A stretch of 64,000 nt of DNA from a virus (lineage: Duplodnaviria; Caudoviricetes). The notes beneath the pieces were generated by a model. The model did not search any database. It was given only the letters and a program-made list of their open reading frames with translations, and was not told the DNA's origin. The DNA lies in the IMG/VR virus record IMGVR_UViG_3300037467_001552, positions 4,922-68,921 of that record, one strand, 5' to 3'. Every line of letters begins with the position of its first letter. Position 1 is the stretch's first letter. The position numbers were made by a program, and so were the translations under genes. Of this stretch, positions 1 through 8,543 are shown one piece after another.

Positions 1-2
1 AC

Positions 3-308
3 ATCGGTTTCCAGCCGACCTACGTCACGACTTCGTCGACGACGGCGACTGTGCCGAGCTTCAAGAGCCAGTGGATCTACGCGCCCGGCTCCACAACGGC
101 GAGCCTGACCGTTACGCTACCTTCGTTCGCGCGCGATGGACTTCTCCTAGAACTGGTGTTCGCCAATCCTGTTACGAGCCTGACCGTATCGCCCAACTCA
201 GGGCAGAGCATTGTCGGCACGGCTGTCAGTGCCGCGTCGATAGCGGCGAGTACGACGGTCAAGTATTACTACCGCAGCTCGAATAGCAGTTGGTATCGGG
301 CTCAATAA
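3..308 (+). CDS. 5'-truncated tail-associated protein (C-terminal part)
   Basis: Frame is open from nt 3 (IGFQPTYVTTSSTTATVPSFKSQWIYAPG...SNSSWYRAQ*); S/T-rich beta-type sequence directly before the tailspike. Confidence 0.6.
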   Translation: MGFQPTYVTTSSTTATVPSFKSQWIYAPGSTTASLTVTLPSFARDGLLLELVFANPVTSLTVSPNSGQSIVGTAVSAASIAASTTVKYYYRSSNSSWYRAQ

Positions 309-376
309 GCCTTCCGCTTCCCGCCCCAACAGCGGGGAGCCACTAACCCCGCCCGCCCTCAAACCACGGGCTCATC

Positions 377-2938
377 ATGTCCACGACCAACCTTACCGCG
401 CTCGTCGCCTCGTATCAGGCGGCGACGCAGCCGGCTGCCTACCCGACTGATCCGGTCGTGCTCACCAGCGCGCTCAACACTGCGCTCGCGGGCAAAGCGA
501 AGGCCGGCGCCAACTCCGACATCACGAGCCTGACGGGGCTGACCACGCCGCTGTCACAGGCACAGGGCGGGCTTGGCAATGCTCGCGGCGATGTGTCGGC
601 GCTCAGCCTGACGACGACGGGCGCGCCTCCCACCGTCACGGTCACGCTCGCCGACATCCTCGGCGCTCGGGTCGATGTGCATACCTTCGGCGCGATTGGC
701 GACGGCACATCCCATCCTCTGTCGGAGAGGTTCGCCACGCTCGCGGCGGCCCAGGCTGTCTACCCGCACGCCACGGCGCTGACCGATGAGATCGATTGGG
801 CGGCGTGGCAGGGGGCCATCGACTATGTTGGCCGCCTGCCCGGCGGCGGCATCGTGACCGGCCGCGCCAAGACCTACATCGTCCACCTTTCGAACATCGT
901 CACCGTGGTCAGCGGCTACCGTTACGGGGCGCTCTCCGTGCCCTACAGCAACGTCGTGCTGGAAGGCGTTGGCCGCGGATTGACGGTGATCAAGTGCCGG
1001 TCAAATCTCGGCGCCTATGGCTGCATCCAGTTCATTGGCCCGAAGGCGGACGGCTCGCAGATCACGAACGTCGGCACGCAGCCGGCCTATCTGGAAAACG
1101 GCATCATCAAAATCCAGGCGAGTGGTTTCCGGCGCCTGACCTTGGACGGGAATTTCAACGGGTTTGACATCAACGGCGCTTCGGTCGCCGCCGCATGCGG
1201 CATCCGCAACTGCATCTTCACCGATTTCTATCTGAAGAACGGTCGCGGCTATGGCTTCGGCCTGGAGAACGGTGCCTGCCTCGAAAACACGTTCCACGAC
1301 TTCATCATCGAGAACACGGCCCGCGACGGCATCGATATGAAGAACAACGGCGATGTTGGCGGCTTCAATCGGTTCTCCAAGGGCGTCTTGCGCTACATTG
1401 GCAAGGGATCGCTGCCGAGCGACCCGTTCACGGGCCTCGACATCTCTGGTCCCGGCAACATCGTGGAAGATGTCGTGATGACAGACTTCCTCACGGCGGC
1501 GAATGCCGGCCCTTACACGGACCCGGCCACCGGGCTCCAAGTCACCGACCCGGCCACCATCGCCGCCCAAGTCGCGGCGATGACGCTGGAAGAAGTCGTG
1601 CGGATGAAGCAGGGTCTCGTCGGTGACGGCCGCGGGCAGGGCGCGTGGTACAGCCGCGTCTCCGATGTCCGCATTGTCGCCCCGGCGGGCATTTCCTGCT
1701 CCTACGCGATCAGTGTCAAGGATCCGTTCTGCCGGATCCACGCGCCCCACATCCGGGGGCCATTCCCCATCGGCGTTGACGTGACGCAGCCGCATGTGTC
1801 GGTTCACAACCCCGACATCGACCTGTCGATCAACGTCGCTTCGTTCTCGGCCACCACAACCTCCGGCTCTACATCCGTCACCGTTGCCGCTCCGGGCAAC
1901 TACACGAACGGACAGCGGATCGAGGGGCCGGGCATCCCTGCCGGGACCACTATCGTTTCCGGAGCCGGGACGACGACGCTGGTCATGTCGGCTGCGGCCA
2001 CGGCCTCTGCGACTGTCCTCCTGACGGCCAGCACGCCGAACGGGTGGGGCGTGTGCTTTGAGGGGCCGGGCGGCACAAACACCTACGCCTACGCGCAGGC
2101 CGACTATGCCCAGCTTCACGGCGGGTCGATCAAGGGCTGCGTGCGCGGCGCTTCCATCCAGTGCGCCAGCAATGTCGTGAACGAGACAGTCTTCGAAGGA
2201 TGCCTCTCGGACGTGCATGTCACCGGCTCCGGAGCATCGCGCCCCCGGATCATCGGTCCTGGCCCAATCGGCCCGTTTACCCCGGTAGCTTGGGCTGCCA
2301 ATACCGCGGTAACCGCCGGGCAGATCGTACAGAGCAACAGCCGCTTTTACATCGCGGCAACTTCGGGCACGACGGGCTCGACTGCGCCCTCGCACGTGAC
2401 CACGACCGGCCCGGTAAGCGATGGTGGGGTGGGCTGGAACTTCGAGGCGTATAACACCCGCTACCACATGGCCGGCGATGTCTCGCCCGACCTTGAGGTG
2501 CGGTCTGGAACGCGCGGTCGCGCAAAGAAGATCACGACCTCGTCGGGCGCGCTGTCGAACATCATCGAGGCGTTCAACGGCAATCTGGAGTTCATGAGCA
2601 ACTATGCGGGCTCATTCTCCGGATTGACCCGCATGTTGCGCTTGGTCTTCACGTCCGGTTCCGTATCCGGATTGGAAGTCGATCAGGCGATTTCCGGCCA
2701 GCCAGTAGCTCTGAAGCCCTATAGCTCCGACACCAACGTTGACCTTCAGGTCGGCGGGATCGGGACCGGCAAACTCGCGATTGCGACGCCCGCGCAGCTT
2801 CCAGGCTACGCATTCGCTTCCTTGCCTTTGGCAGCCACCTACAGCGGCTGCACGGTTCGAGTCACGGATCGCAGCCAAAGGCTCGCCACCTCGGACGGTA
2901 CGAATTGGCGGTTCGCGGACGGCACAGTTGCCGCCTAA
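377..2938 (+). CDS. Tailspike/tail fibre with pectin-lyase-like beta-helix (putative polysaccharide depolymerase)
   Basis: 853 aa; GANSDITSLTGL fibre motif; DVHTFGAIGDG...DWAAWQGAID pectate-lyase-3-type N-terminal motif; WAANTAVTAGQIVQSNSRFY carbohydrate-binding-like motif; position in tail module. Confidence 0.8.
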   Translation: MSTTNLTALVASYQAATQPAAYPTDPVVLTSALNTALAGKAKAGANSDITSLTGLTTPLSQAQGGLGNARGDVSALSLTTTGAPPTVTVTLADILGARVDVHTFGAIGDGTSHPLSERFATLAAAQAVYPHATALTDEIDWAAWQGAIDYVGRLPGGGIVTGRAKTYIVHLSNIVTVVSGYRYGALSVPYSNVVLEGVGRGLTVIKCRSNLGAYGCIQFIGPKADGSQITNVGTQPAYLENGIIKIQASGFRRLTLDGNFNGFDINGASVAAACGIRNCIFTDFYLKNGRGYGFGLENGACLENTFHDFIIENTARDGIDMKNNGDVGGFNRFSKGVLRYIGKGSLPSDPFTGLDISGPGNIVEDVVMTDFLTAANAGPYTDPATGLQVTDPATIAAQVAAMTLEEVVRMKQGLVGDGRGQGAWYSRVSDVRIVAPAGISCSYAISVKDPFCRIHAPHIRGPFPIGVDVTQPHVSVHNPDIDLSINVASFSATTTSGSTSVTVAAPGNYTNGQRIEGPGIPAGTTIVSGAGTTTLVMSAAATASATVLLTASTPNGWGVCFEGPGGTNTYAYAQADYAQLHGGSIKGCVRGASIQCASNVVNETVFEGCLSDVHVTGSGASRPRIIGPGPIGPFTPVAWAANTAVTAGQIVQSNSRFYIAATSGTTGSTAPSHVTTTGPVSDGGVGWNFEAYNTRYHMAGDVSPDLEVRSGTRGRAKKITTSSGALSNIIEAFNGNLEFMSNYAGSFSGLTRMLRLVFTSGSVSGLEVDQAISGQPVALKPYSSDTNVDLQVGGIGTGKLAIATPAQLPGYAFASLPLAATYSGCTVRVTDRSQRLATSDGTNWRFADGTVAA

Positions 2939-3202
2939 CCCCACCCGCTCCCCGCACCCCAAGGCGCTCAACATGAGATGGTTCGTGCTGCCGTTCTTGA
3001 GCGGGTTCCTGGCCTGCTATCTTGTCGCGTCGCTGGCTTTTGGGGCCACGTTGTACGCTTCGCAGCGGGTCGAGGTAGGGCAGGCAATCGCCTATGGCCC
3101 GCGATGGCCCATGATGATCGGGCTGCTGTGGGGGCGAAGTGAATGGCTTCGCGACCGCGCTGCCCCATGACTAATCCCACCCACTCCCCGCACACCAAGG
3201 CG
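2936..3202 (+). repeat. 31-bp imperfect direct repeats flanking a small membrane gene
   Basis: taaccccacccgctccccgcaccccaaggcg (2936-2966) vs taatcccacccactccccgcacaccaaggcg (3172-3202), 28/31 identical. Confidence 0.85.
2973..3170 (+). CDS. Small membrane protein
   Basis: MRWFVLPFLSGFLACYLVASLAFGATLY..., 65 aa, hydrophobic. Confidence 0.55.
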   Translation: MRWFVLPFLSGFLACYLVASLAFGATLYASQRVEVGQAIAYGPRWPMMIGLLWGRSEWLRDRAAP

Positions 3203-3265
3203 GGAGCGGGTGATCTGACGCCGGGCGGCTGAGCGGCCGGTATTCCTTAAATCGAAAGACCTCCG

Positions 3266-3748
3266 ATGAACCGCTTCCTGGCGGCGCTGGCGCTCGCCTG
3301 CGCGCTGTACAGTCATGCCTGGGCTGCCGACGCGGACGGCATCATCCCGGATCCGAAGCTCTCGCCCGGAGCCCAGCCGACGCAGGATCTGGACATCATC
3401 TGCCACCAGAAGACGGGCGAGCGCCGGCACACGACGGAAGCCGAGAAGAACGCGGTCTACCGCGCCTATGGGCTCAAGACCCACCGCTCTGGCTTCTGCT
3501 CCGGCCCGCACGGCTGCGTCATCGACCACATCACCCCGCTTGAATGCGGCGGGCAGGATGTGACGGCCAACATGTTCCCGCAGAAAGCGGACGGCCCATA
3601 CAATCAAGCGAAGAAAAACAGGCTTGAGGGACTGTGCCACAAGCTGGTCTGCGAAGGCAAGATCACGCCAGCCCAAGGTCAGGCGTGGTTCATGCCGGAC
3701 TGGCGCGTCGAATACGACAAGCGATTTGGCTCGAAAGGCAAGTCATGA
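3266..3748 (+). CDS. Signal-peptide-bearing HNH-fold nuclease-like protein
   Basis: N-terminal signal MNRFLAALALACALYSHAWA; VIDHITPLECGG..ANMFPQ..KNRLE HNH-like motif. Confidence 0.65.
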   Translation: MNRFLAALALACALYSHAWAADADGIIPDPKLSPGAQPTQDLDIICHQKTGERRHTTEAEKNAVYRAYGLKTHRSGFCSGPHGCVIDHITPLECGGQDVTANMFPQKADGPYNQAKKNRLEGLCHKLVCEGKITPAQGQAWFMPDWRVEYDKRFGSKGKS

Positions 3749-4077
3749 CCGGCCCCGTCTCCTGGCTCCTCGCGCGCCCGCTCATCACGCACACCCTGCT
3801 CGCTGCGGGCTACACGCTGCTGATCGCGACCGTGCTCGGGCTGCTCCACGTCGCGCACGCGCCGATCATCGCCACGCTGATCGTCTCGCCGTTCTGGTAC
3901 GGCCGCGAGGCCGGACAGCGCGAGCACGACCTGAAGAACATGGGCGTCTCTCCGCTCTGGGCGTGGCTCGGGGCCGAGTTCGCCTTCAAGTGGGACGTGA
4001 GCAACGCGCAGCAGTGGGGCGTCGCCGCCGGCTCCAGCGCCGTCGTCGCCACGATCCTGACCATCCTGGGAGCGTGA
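3745..4077 (+). CDS. Multi-pass membrane protein (lysis region)
   Basis: ATGA overlap with upstream gene; 3 hydrophobic segments; precedes endolysin. Confidence 0.65.
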   Translation: MTGPVSWLLARPLITHTLLAAGYTLLIATVLGLLHVAHAPIIATLIVSPFWYGREAGQREHDLKNMGVSPLWAWLGAEFAFKWDVSNAQQWGVAAGSSAVVATILTILGA

Positions 4078-4078
4078 C

Positions 4079-4657
4079 ATGGACCTGTCCCCGATCGGGC
4101 GCGCGGCCCTCAAGGCGCGCGAAGGCGAGCGGCTGACCGCCTACCGGGACTCCGTCAACATTTTGACGATCGGGGTCGGGATCACGACGGCCTCCGGGCT
4201 GATCACGGTCACGCCCGGCCTAACGATCACGGCCGCGCAGTCTGATGCGCTGTTCGCCAAGGCGGTCGAGAAGTACGTCGCCCCGGTTCGGGCAGCGCTC
4301 GCCAAGCCGGTGCCGCAGCCGTTTTTCGATGCAGCCGTCAGCCTCTGCTACAACATCGGCCCGGCCAACTTCGCGCACTCCTCGGTGGTTCGGCTTGCCA
4401 ACGCCGGCAACCTGCCGGCGGCGATCGAGGCGTTCCTGATGTGGAACAAGCCCGCCGCGATCGTGAGCCGCCGCCAGGGCGAGCGCGATCAGGCGGCGCT
4501 CGCCTCCTACGATGGCGCGAAGGTCTACGCGCGCCGGGGCGATAAGAAGCCCGTAGCGGCCGTCGCGGCAGCTCCGGCGGTCGCAGCACCCGCGCCCGCT
4601 CCTGCTGCGGGCCTCCTGGCGCGCCTGCACGCCTTCTTCGCGCGAAAGGCCGCCTGA
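4079..4657 (+). CDS. Endolysin, phage lysozyme (GH24)
   Basis: REGERLTAYRDSVNILTIGVGIT catalytic E-x8-D-x5-T pattern; FDAAVSLCYNIG; FLMWNKP..IVSRRQGE. Confidence 0.92.
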   Translation: MDLSPIGRAALKAREGERLTAYRDSVNILTIGVGITTASGLITVTPGLTITAAQSDALFAKAVEKYVAPVRAALAKPVPQPFFDAAVSLCYNIGPANFAHSSVVRLANAGNLPAAIEAFLMWNKPAAIVSRRQGERDQAALASYDGAKVYARRGDKKPVAAVAAAPAVAAPAPAPAAGLLARLHAFFARKAA

Positions 4658-5067
4658 TGTTCGCGATCCTGGGCTTCGTCTTCAATGCGCTCGGCCCGCT
4701 CGTCTCGTCCGTAATGGGCTACTTCACGGCGAAGTCGAACAACGCCGTCGCGACCAACGGCCAGAACGTCACGGGCGATGTCACGGTCGCGCAGGCGCAG
4801 ATCAGCGCCCAGGTCGAGCAGCAGAAGCTCGCGGCAAGCGAGCGAGCGCAACTCGCCGAGAGCGCGTGGACGGTCTGGATGCTCCCGGAAGTGTTCGCGA
4901 TCTCCAGCCTGCACTACGCGACCATCGTCATCGACTCGATCTTTCACCTGAACTGGCAGATCGCCAAGCTGCCCCCGCCCTTCGATGATCTTGAGGTCAA
5001 GATCATCATGACCGGCGCAGGTATCGCAGGCGGCGTCGCGGCCTACCGGCGCATCTTCGGGAAGTGA
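4657..5067 (+). CDS. Lysis-associated membrane protein (holin-like)
   Basis: N-terminal and C-terminal hydrophobic segments, basic C-terminus RRIFGK, coupled to the endolysin stop. Confidence 0.55.
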   Translation: MFAILGFVFNALGPLVSSVMGYFTAKSNNAVATNGQNVTGDVTVAQAQISAQVEQQKLAASERAQLAESAWTVWMLPEVFAISSLHYATIVIDSIFHLNWQIAKLPPPFDDLEVKIIMTGAGIAGGVAAYRRIFGK

Positions 5068-5072
5068 CCCCC

Positions 5073-5243
5073 ATGCTTAACCGACTTTCTGAGCCGTCCA
5101 CCTGGGCGGCGCTCGCTGCCGCGTTCGGCACGATGTCGGCCGGCGCCCCGGCGGGCGCCGCGCCGTACCTCTGGGCCGCGACCGCCCTCTGCACGGTCGC
5201 CGGCATCCTGCTCGGCGAGAAACCGAAATCCGGCGGGAACTGA
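5073..5243 (+). CDS. Small two-TM holin-like protein
   Basis: MLNRLSEPSTWAALAAAFGTM...LWAATALCTVAGILLGEK; the EPSTWA motif is typical of small phage holins; not in the ORF track (56 aa). Confidence 0.55.
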   Translation: MLNRLSEPSTWAALAAAFGTMSAGAPAGAAPYLWAATALCTVAGILLGEKPKSGGN

Positions 5244-5280
5244 GCGCCGATCCCTCCCTCAACGGCGAAGGACCGCGCCT

Positions 5281-5697
5281 GTGAACCAGCTCGACCCGAA
5301 CATCATCATCGAGATCAGCTCGAAGATCTCCGCGATCGACGAGCGGACGCGGGCGCTTCAGGCCGCCGACGCGCAGGCGCAAGTCAACGCCGATCACCGC
5401 CACCGCAACGTCATGGCGGCGATCGAGACCTTCGTGCCGCGGCGCGAGATCGAGGCGGAGCACAAGGCGATCCGGGCCTACGCTGAAGAGCTGGCCCAGG
5501 ACGCCCGCGACCACTGCGACACCAACCGCGAGGCCGTGCTGACGCGCGTGAGCGACGTCGAGGGCTCGCTCGGCGACATCCACAAGACCGCCAAGTCGCT
5601 GCGGAATTGGATCTTGAGCGCGATCGGCAGCGGCTTTCTCGGCGGCCTCGGGCTCCTCGCCACGCACTTCCTGCACCTGAAGGGGTGGGCTGATTGA
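5281..5697 (+). CDS. Coiled-coil protein with C-terminal membrane anchor
   Basis: 138 aa, heptad-like body, C-terminal WILSAIGSGFLGGLGLLATHF. Confidence 0.6.
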   Translation: MNQLDPNIIIEISSKISAIDERTRALQAADAQAQVNADHRHRNVMAAIETFVPRREIEAEHKAIRAYAEELAQDARDHCDTNREAVLTRVSDVEGSLGDIHKTAKSLRNWILSAIGSGFLGGLGLLATHFLHLKGWAD

Positions 5698-6776
5698 TGA
5701 CGGTTGAGGCGCGCGCGCAGGCTGAGCGCGAGATCGCAGCGGTCAATGCTGCCATGATCGAAGGCTGCGGGTTGGGCTTCTGCTCAACGAAGCCCTCCGC
5801 AATCCGCGTTGCCGCGCGCCAGTTGGGTGTCGACCGCAATGCCCTGCGCGAGCGCGTCGGCACGCCCGAGCAGCCCGGCCGGTATTTCCGGCAGCATGGG
5901 CTCATGCCGGATTGGTCGCTGGCGGCCAAGGCTGATCCGATCATCGTGCCGGAGGCGCCGCGCTGGTCCGCGCCGCGCATGTCCGAGGCTCGGCGGCACC
6001 GCCCTGTCGAGCCCCCCCGTCCGGGCGAGACAATCCGCGTCCTCGCTCTCGGCGACGTGCACGCCAAGCCCGGCCGCTCAACTGAAACCGTGACGCTCGC
6101 CGGCCGCCATGCTGCCGCGACCCGCCCGGATCACATCGTTCAGATCGGCGACTGGCTCAGCCTTGATAGCTGCTCCATGCACAGCGCCAAGGGCTCTAAC
6201 GGTCACCAGAAGCTGCCGACCTTCGTAGAGGATCTCGAGGCGGGAGAGGAAAGCCTCGCCGCCTTCGACGCAGAATGCCCGCGCGACATCCCGCGCGACA
6301 TCTGCCTCGGCAATCATGAAAATCGCGGATGGCGCTGGGCGGATGCCGAGCCGAAGATCGCGAGCGACATCCCGCGGCGCATCACGGACCTGTTCGGCTC
6401 CTACGGCTGGACGACGCACGACTACGGGAAGGTGGCGATGATCCACTCCGTTGGGTTCGTGCACGTACCGCTCACCGTAATGGCCAAGCCGTACGGCGGG
6501 AAGAACTCCGAGAACACCATCGCCAACGACCTCACGCATTCTCTGGTGTGGGGGCACGATCACCGCTTCCGGTTCAAGCAAGTCGCCAAGATCGGAGACA
6601 ACAACCGGATCGGGCTCTGTAACCTCGGCACCGCCATGCCATGGGGCGTAACCGAAGACTACACAGTCGGAAATTCTGGCTGGACTTATGGGACCGTTGA
6701 CCTTACAATACGCGACGGTCAATTGGTCGGAGCACGTTTTTTTGATGCGATTGAACTCAGACAGATGTATGGGTAG
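5697..6776 (+). CDS. Calcineurin-like metallophosphoesterase with N-terminal HTH-like region
   Basis: LGDVH, IGDWLSLD, LGNHE, WGHDH motifs. Confidence 0.88.
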   Translation: MTVEARAQAEREIAAVNAAMIEGCGLGFCSTKPSAIRVAARQLGVDRNALRERVGTPEQPGRYFRQHGLMPDWSLAAKADPIIVPEAPRWSAPRMSEARRHRPVEPPRPGETIRVLALGDVHAKPGRSTETVTLAGRHAAATRPDHIVQIGDWLSLDSCSMHSAKGSNGHQKLPTFVEDLEAGEESLAAFDAECPRDIPRDICLGNHENRGWRWADAEPKIASDIPRRITDLFGSYGWTTHDYGKVAMIHSVGFVHVPLTVMAKPYGGKNSENTIANDLTHSLVWGHDHRFRFKQVAKIGDNNRIGLCNLGTAMPWGVTEDYTVGNSGWTYGTVDLTIRDGQLVGARFFDAIELRQMYG

Positions 6777-7293
6777 TCAGATCGGCGTCTCTCGTGCTCG
6801 TGAGGTATTCTCCTACGACCCGGAAACTGGCCGCCTGATATTTCGCGCGAGAGATCCGGATGCGGGGTACAACCACGGCTGGAACAAGCGTTGCGCTGGC
6901 AAGCCGGCCGGCAAGATCGATACGAGGGGATACTACCAAGTGCGCGTCGATGGCGTTCAGGTGCTCGCCCACAGGATCGTCTGGCTTCTGCATCACGGCG
7001 CAATGCCCGACGGGTGGCTCGACCACATCAACGGGGACTCGCGAGACAACCGTATTGAGAACCTGCGCCCTGCGTCCCCCAGCGAGAATGCCCACAACAA
7101 GAAGATCCGTTCGGACAGCCTGACCGGCATCAAGGGCGTCAGCTTCGTGAAGAGGACAGGTCTCTGGACGGCCCGCATCCAGAAAGAGGGACGCCGATTC
7201 AGTCTCGGGTACTTCACCTCGGCAGATCAGGCCGCCGCCGCCTATCGGACCGCAGCCATGAGCCTTCACGGCGACTTCGCTCGTGTTGCTTGA
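6769..7293 (+). CDS. HNH homing endonuclease with AP2 domain
   Basis: YDPETG, LAHRIVW..DHINGDSRDNRIENLR, GIKGVSF..WTARI..LGYF..AAAAY. Confidence 0.9.
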   Translation: MGSQIGVSRAREVFSYDPETGRLIFRARDPDAGYNHGWNKRCAGKPAGKIDTRGYYQVRVDGVQVLAHRIVWLLHHGAMPDGWLDHINGDSRDNRIENLRPASPSENAHNKKIRSDSLTGIKGVSFVKRTGLWTARIQKEGRRFSLGYFTSADQAAAAYRTAAMSLHGDFARVA

Positions 7294-7684
7294 ACACATA
7301 GGTACGACAGTGGACGGAACCCTCATCGCCGATCAGGTCGATAGCGCGGCCCCTGTAACCGCAGAGATCGCTCTGGCTGACACCTTCAAGAAGTCCGACG
7401 CCGGCAAGCCGACTTTCGACCTCCTCCCGTGGGATGCCCTGGCGTCCGTCAGCCGCGTGCTTGAGCACGGCGCCGAGAAGTACGGAGCTGGAAACTGGGA
7501 GAAGGGCACCGACTGGCTGCGCTACTGGAACGCCACCCTGCGCCACCTGACGTCGTGGCTGCGCGGCGAGGACAAGGACCCGGAGACCGGCGAGAGCCAT
7601 CTCGCGCACGCGGTCGCGAGCATCCTGATCCTGCTCGCCATGAGCCAGCGCGGGCTCGGCAAGGACAACCGCGGTCGAAGCTGA
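7283..7684 (+). CDS. dATP/dGTP diphosphohydrolase-like protein (DUF5664)
   Basis: KSDAGKPTFDLLP..VLEHGAEKYGAGNWEKG..ATLRHL..DPETGESHLAHA; true start may be downstream. Confidence 0.82.
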   Translation: MLLEHIGTTVDGTLIADQVDSAAPVTAEIALADTFKKSDAGKPTFDLLPWDALASVSRVLEHGAEKYGAGNWEKGTDWLRYWNATLRHLTSWLRGEDKDPETGESHLAHAVASILILLAMSQRGLGKDNRGRS

Positions 7685-7689
7685 ATTTC

Positions 7690-7724
7690 AAACCCGCCCG
7701 GCAAATCTGCCTGGCGGGTTTTTT
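7690..7724. terminator. Rho-independent terminator between convergent operons
   Basis: aaacccgcccggca-aatc-tgcctggcgggtttttt hairpin plus T tract. Confidence 0.85.
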
Positions 7725-7741
7725 CATGCCTGCAATCCGGC

Positions 7742-8023
7742 TCAGCACGGATGCCGCCCCCGATCGCGACGGTGGGTCTGATAAGCGAGCCCGGCCAGCT
7801 TGAGCCGTTGGGTTCGTGTCATGGTGAGCAAGATTTCCGCAAGCGCGCGCCCCTCCTCGTCGCCACGCTCGCGGGCAAGCTCGATACAGAACCGAACGTC
7901 GGCGTTTTTCACGTTGCCGTCGTCGAGGACGATGTGCAGCGCCCCCCATGCCGGTTCGTGCCAGCGATAGGCGCGAAAACGGTCGAGCACTTCGGGAATG
8001 GTCGGCCTGTTGACCGTCGTCAC
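7742..8023 (-). CDS. Hypothetical phage protein
   Basis: MTTVNRPTIPEVLDRF..WGALHIVLDDGNV; part of leftward operon; start approximate. Confidence 0.6.
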   Translation of the reverse strand: MTTVNRPTIPEVLDRFRAYRWHEPAWGALHIVLDDGNVKNADVRFCIELARERGDEEGRALAEILLTMTRTQRLKLAGLAYQTHRRDRGRHPC

Positions 8024-8064
8024 TGTTGATCCTTTCGTGATGGCGGAGCCCCGGTCCGCCATAC

Positions 8065-8298
8065 TCAGGCCAGCACCGCGTCGATCATCCGCGTGAAGCA
8101 CAGCGGCAATCCGCGTGGTCCTGTCCCGCTCACGTTCCGCTCGTGCAGCCCTTCGGCAAGCATGACCTCGCTCGGCTTGCGCAGTTCGGCGAGCACGGCG
8201 CGAACAATGGCTTCGCGACCTGCGTCGCTCAGGTTCCCGTAATCGCCTGTCTCGGGATCTGCGAAGCAATCACAGAGGCGCTTCATATCGTCGTTCAC
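8065..8298 (-). CDS. Hypothetical protein
   Basis: 77 aa ORF in the leftward operon. Confidence 0.55.
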   Translation of the reverse strand: MNDDMKRLCDCFADPETGDYGNLSDAGREAIVRAVLAELRKPSEVMLAEGLHERNVSGTGPRGLPLCFTRMIDAVLA

Positions 8299-8361
8299 TG
8301 CCGTCTCCCTGGTATTTCGGAGGCCCCGTCCGTCTCACTGTTTAGCCGGGGCTAAGTCGGC

Positions 8362-8534
8362 CGCAGATCGAACCGGACCAATGCGGGGCGGCGAACCGCC
8401 AACCTGCCGGCGTCACTATGACCGGATCGCGTGCGCATCTTCCAGCCGAAGCCAGGGCGCCGTTGAGGTCAGGGAGTTCGTTTCGGGTTCCTGCCCCGTG
8501 CTCGGGTTGCCGCATTGGTCCGGTTCGATCTGCG
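8362..8534 (-). ncRNA. Candidate structured RNA closed by a perfect 25-bp helix
   Basis: cgcagatcgaaccggaccaatgcgg (8362-8386) is the exact reverse complement of 8510-8534; internal hairpins on the minus strand carry UUCG loops. Confidence 0.55.
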
Positions 8535-8543
8535 CCGAAGCTC

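Noticed and set aside
7283-7684. Z-genome (2-aminoadenine) pathway
   Set aside because: Only a DUF5664-like gene is present; no purZ, HD-domain dATPase or phage DNA polymerase is seen in the window.
8362-8534. tRNA or retron/DGR component
   Set aside because: GGTTCGATC at 8522 lacks a pairing T-stem and cloverleaf; no reverse transcriptase (YxDD) ORF is in the window.
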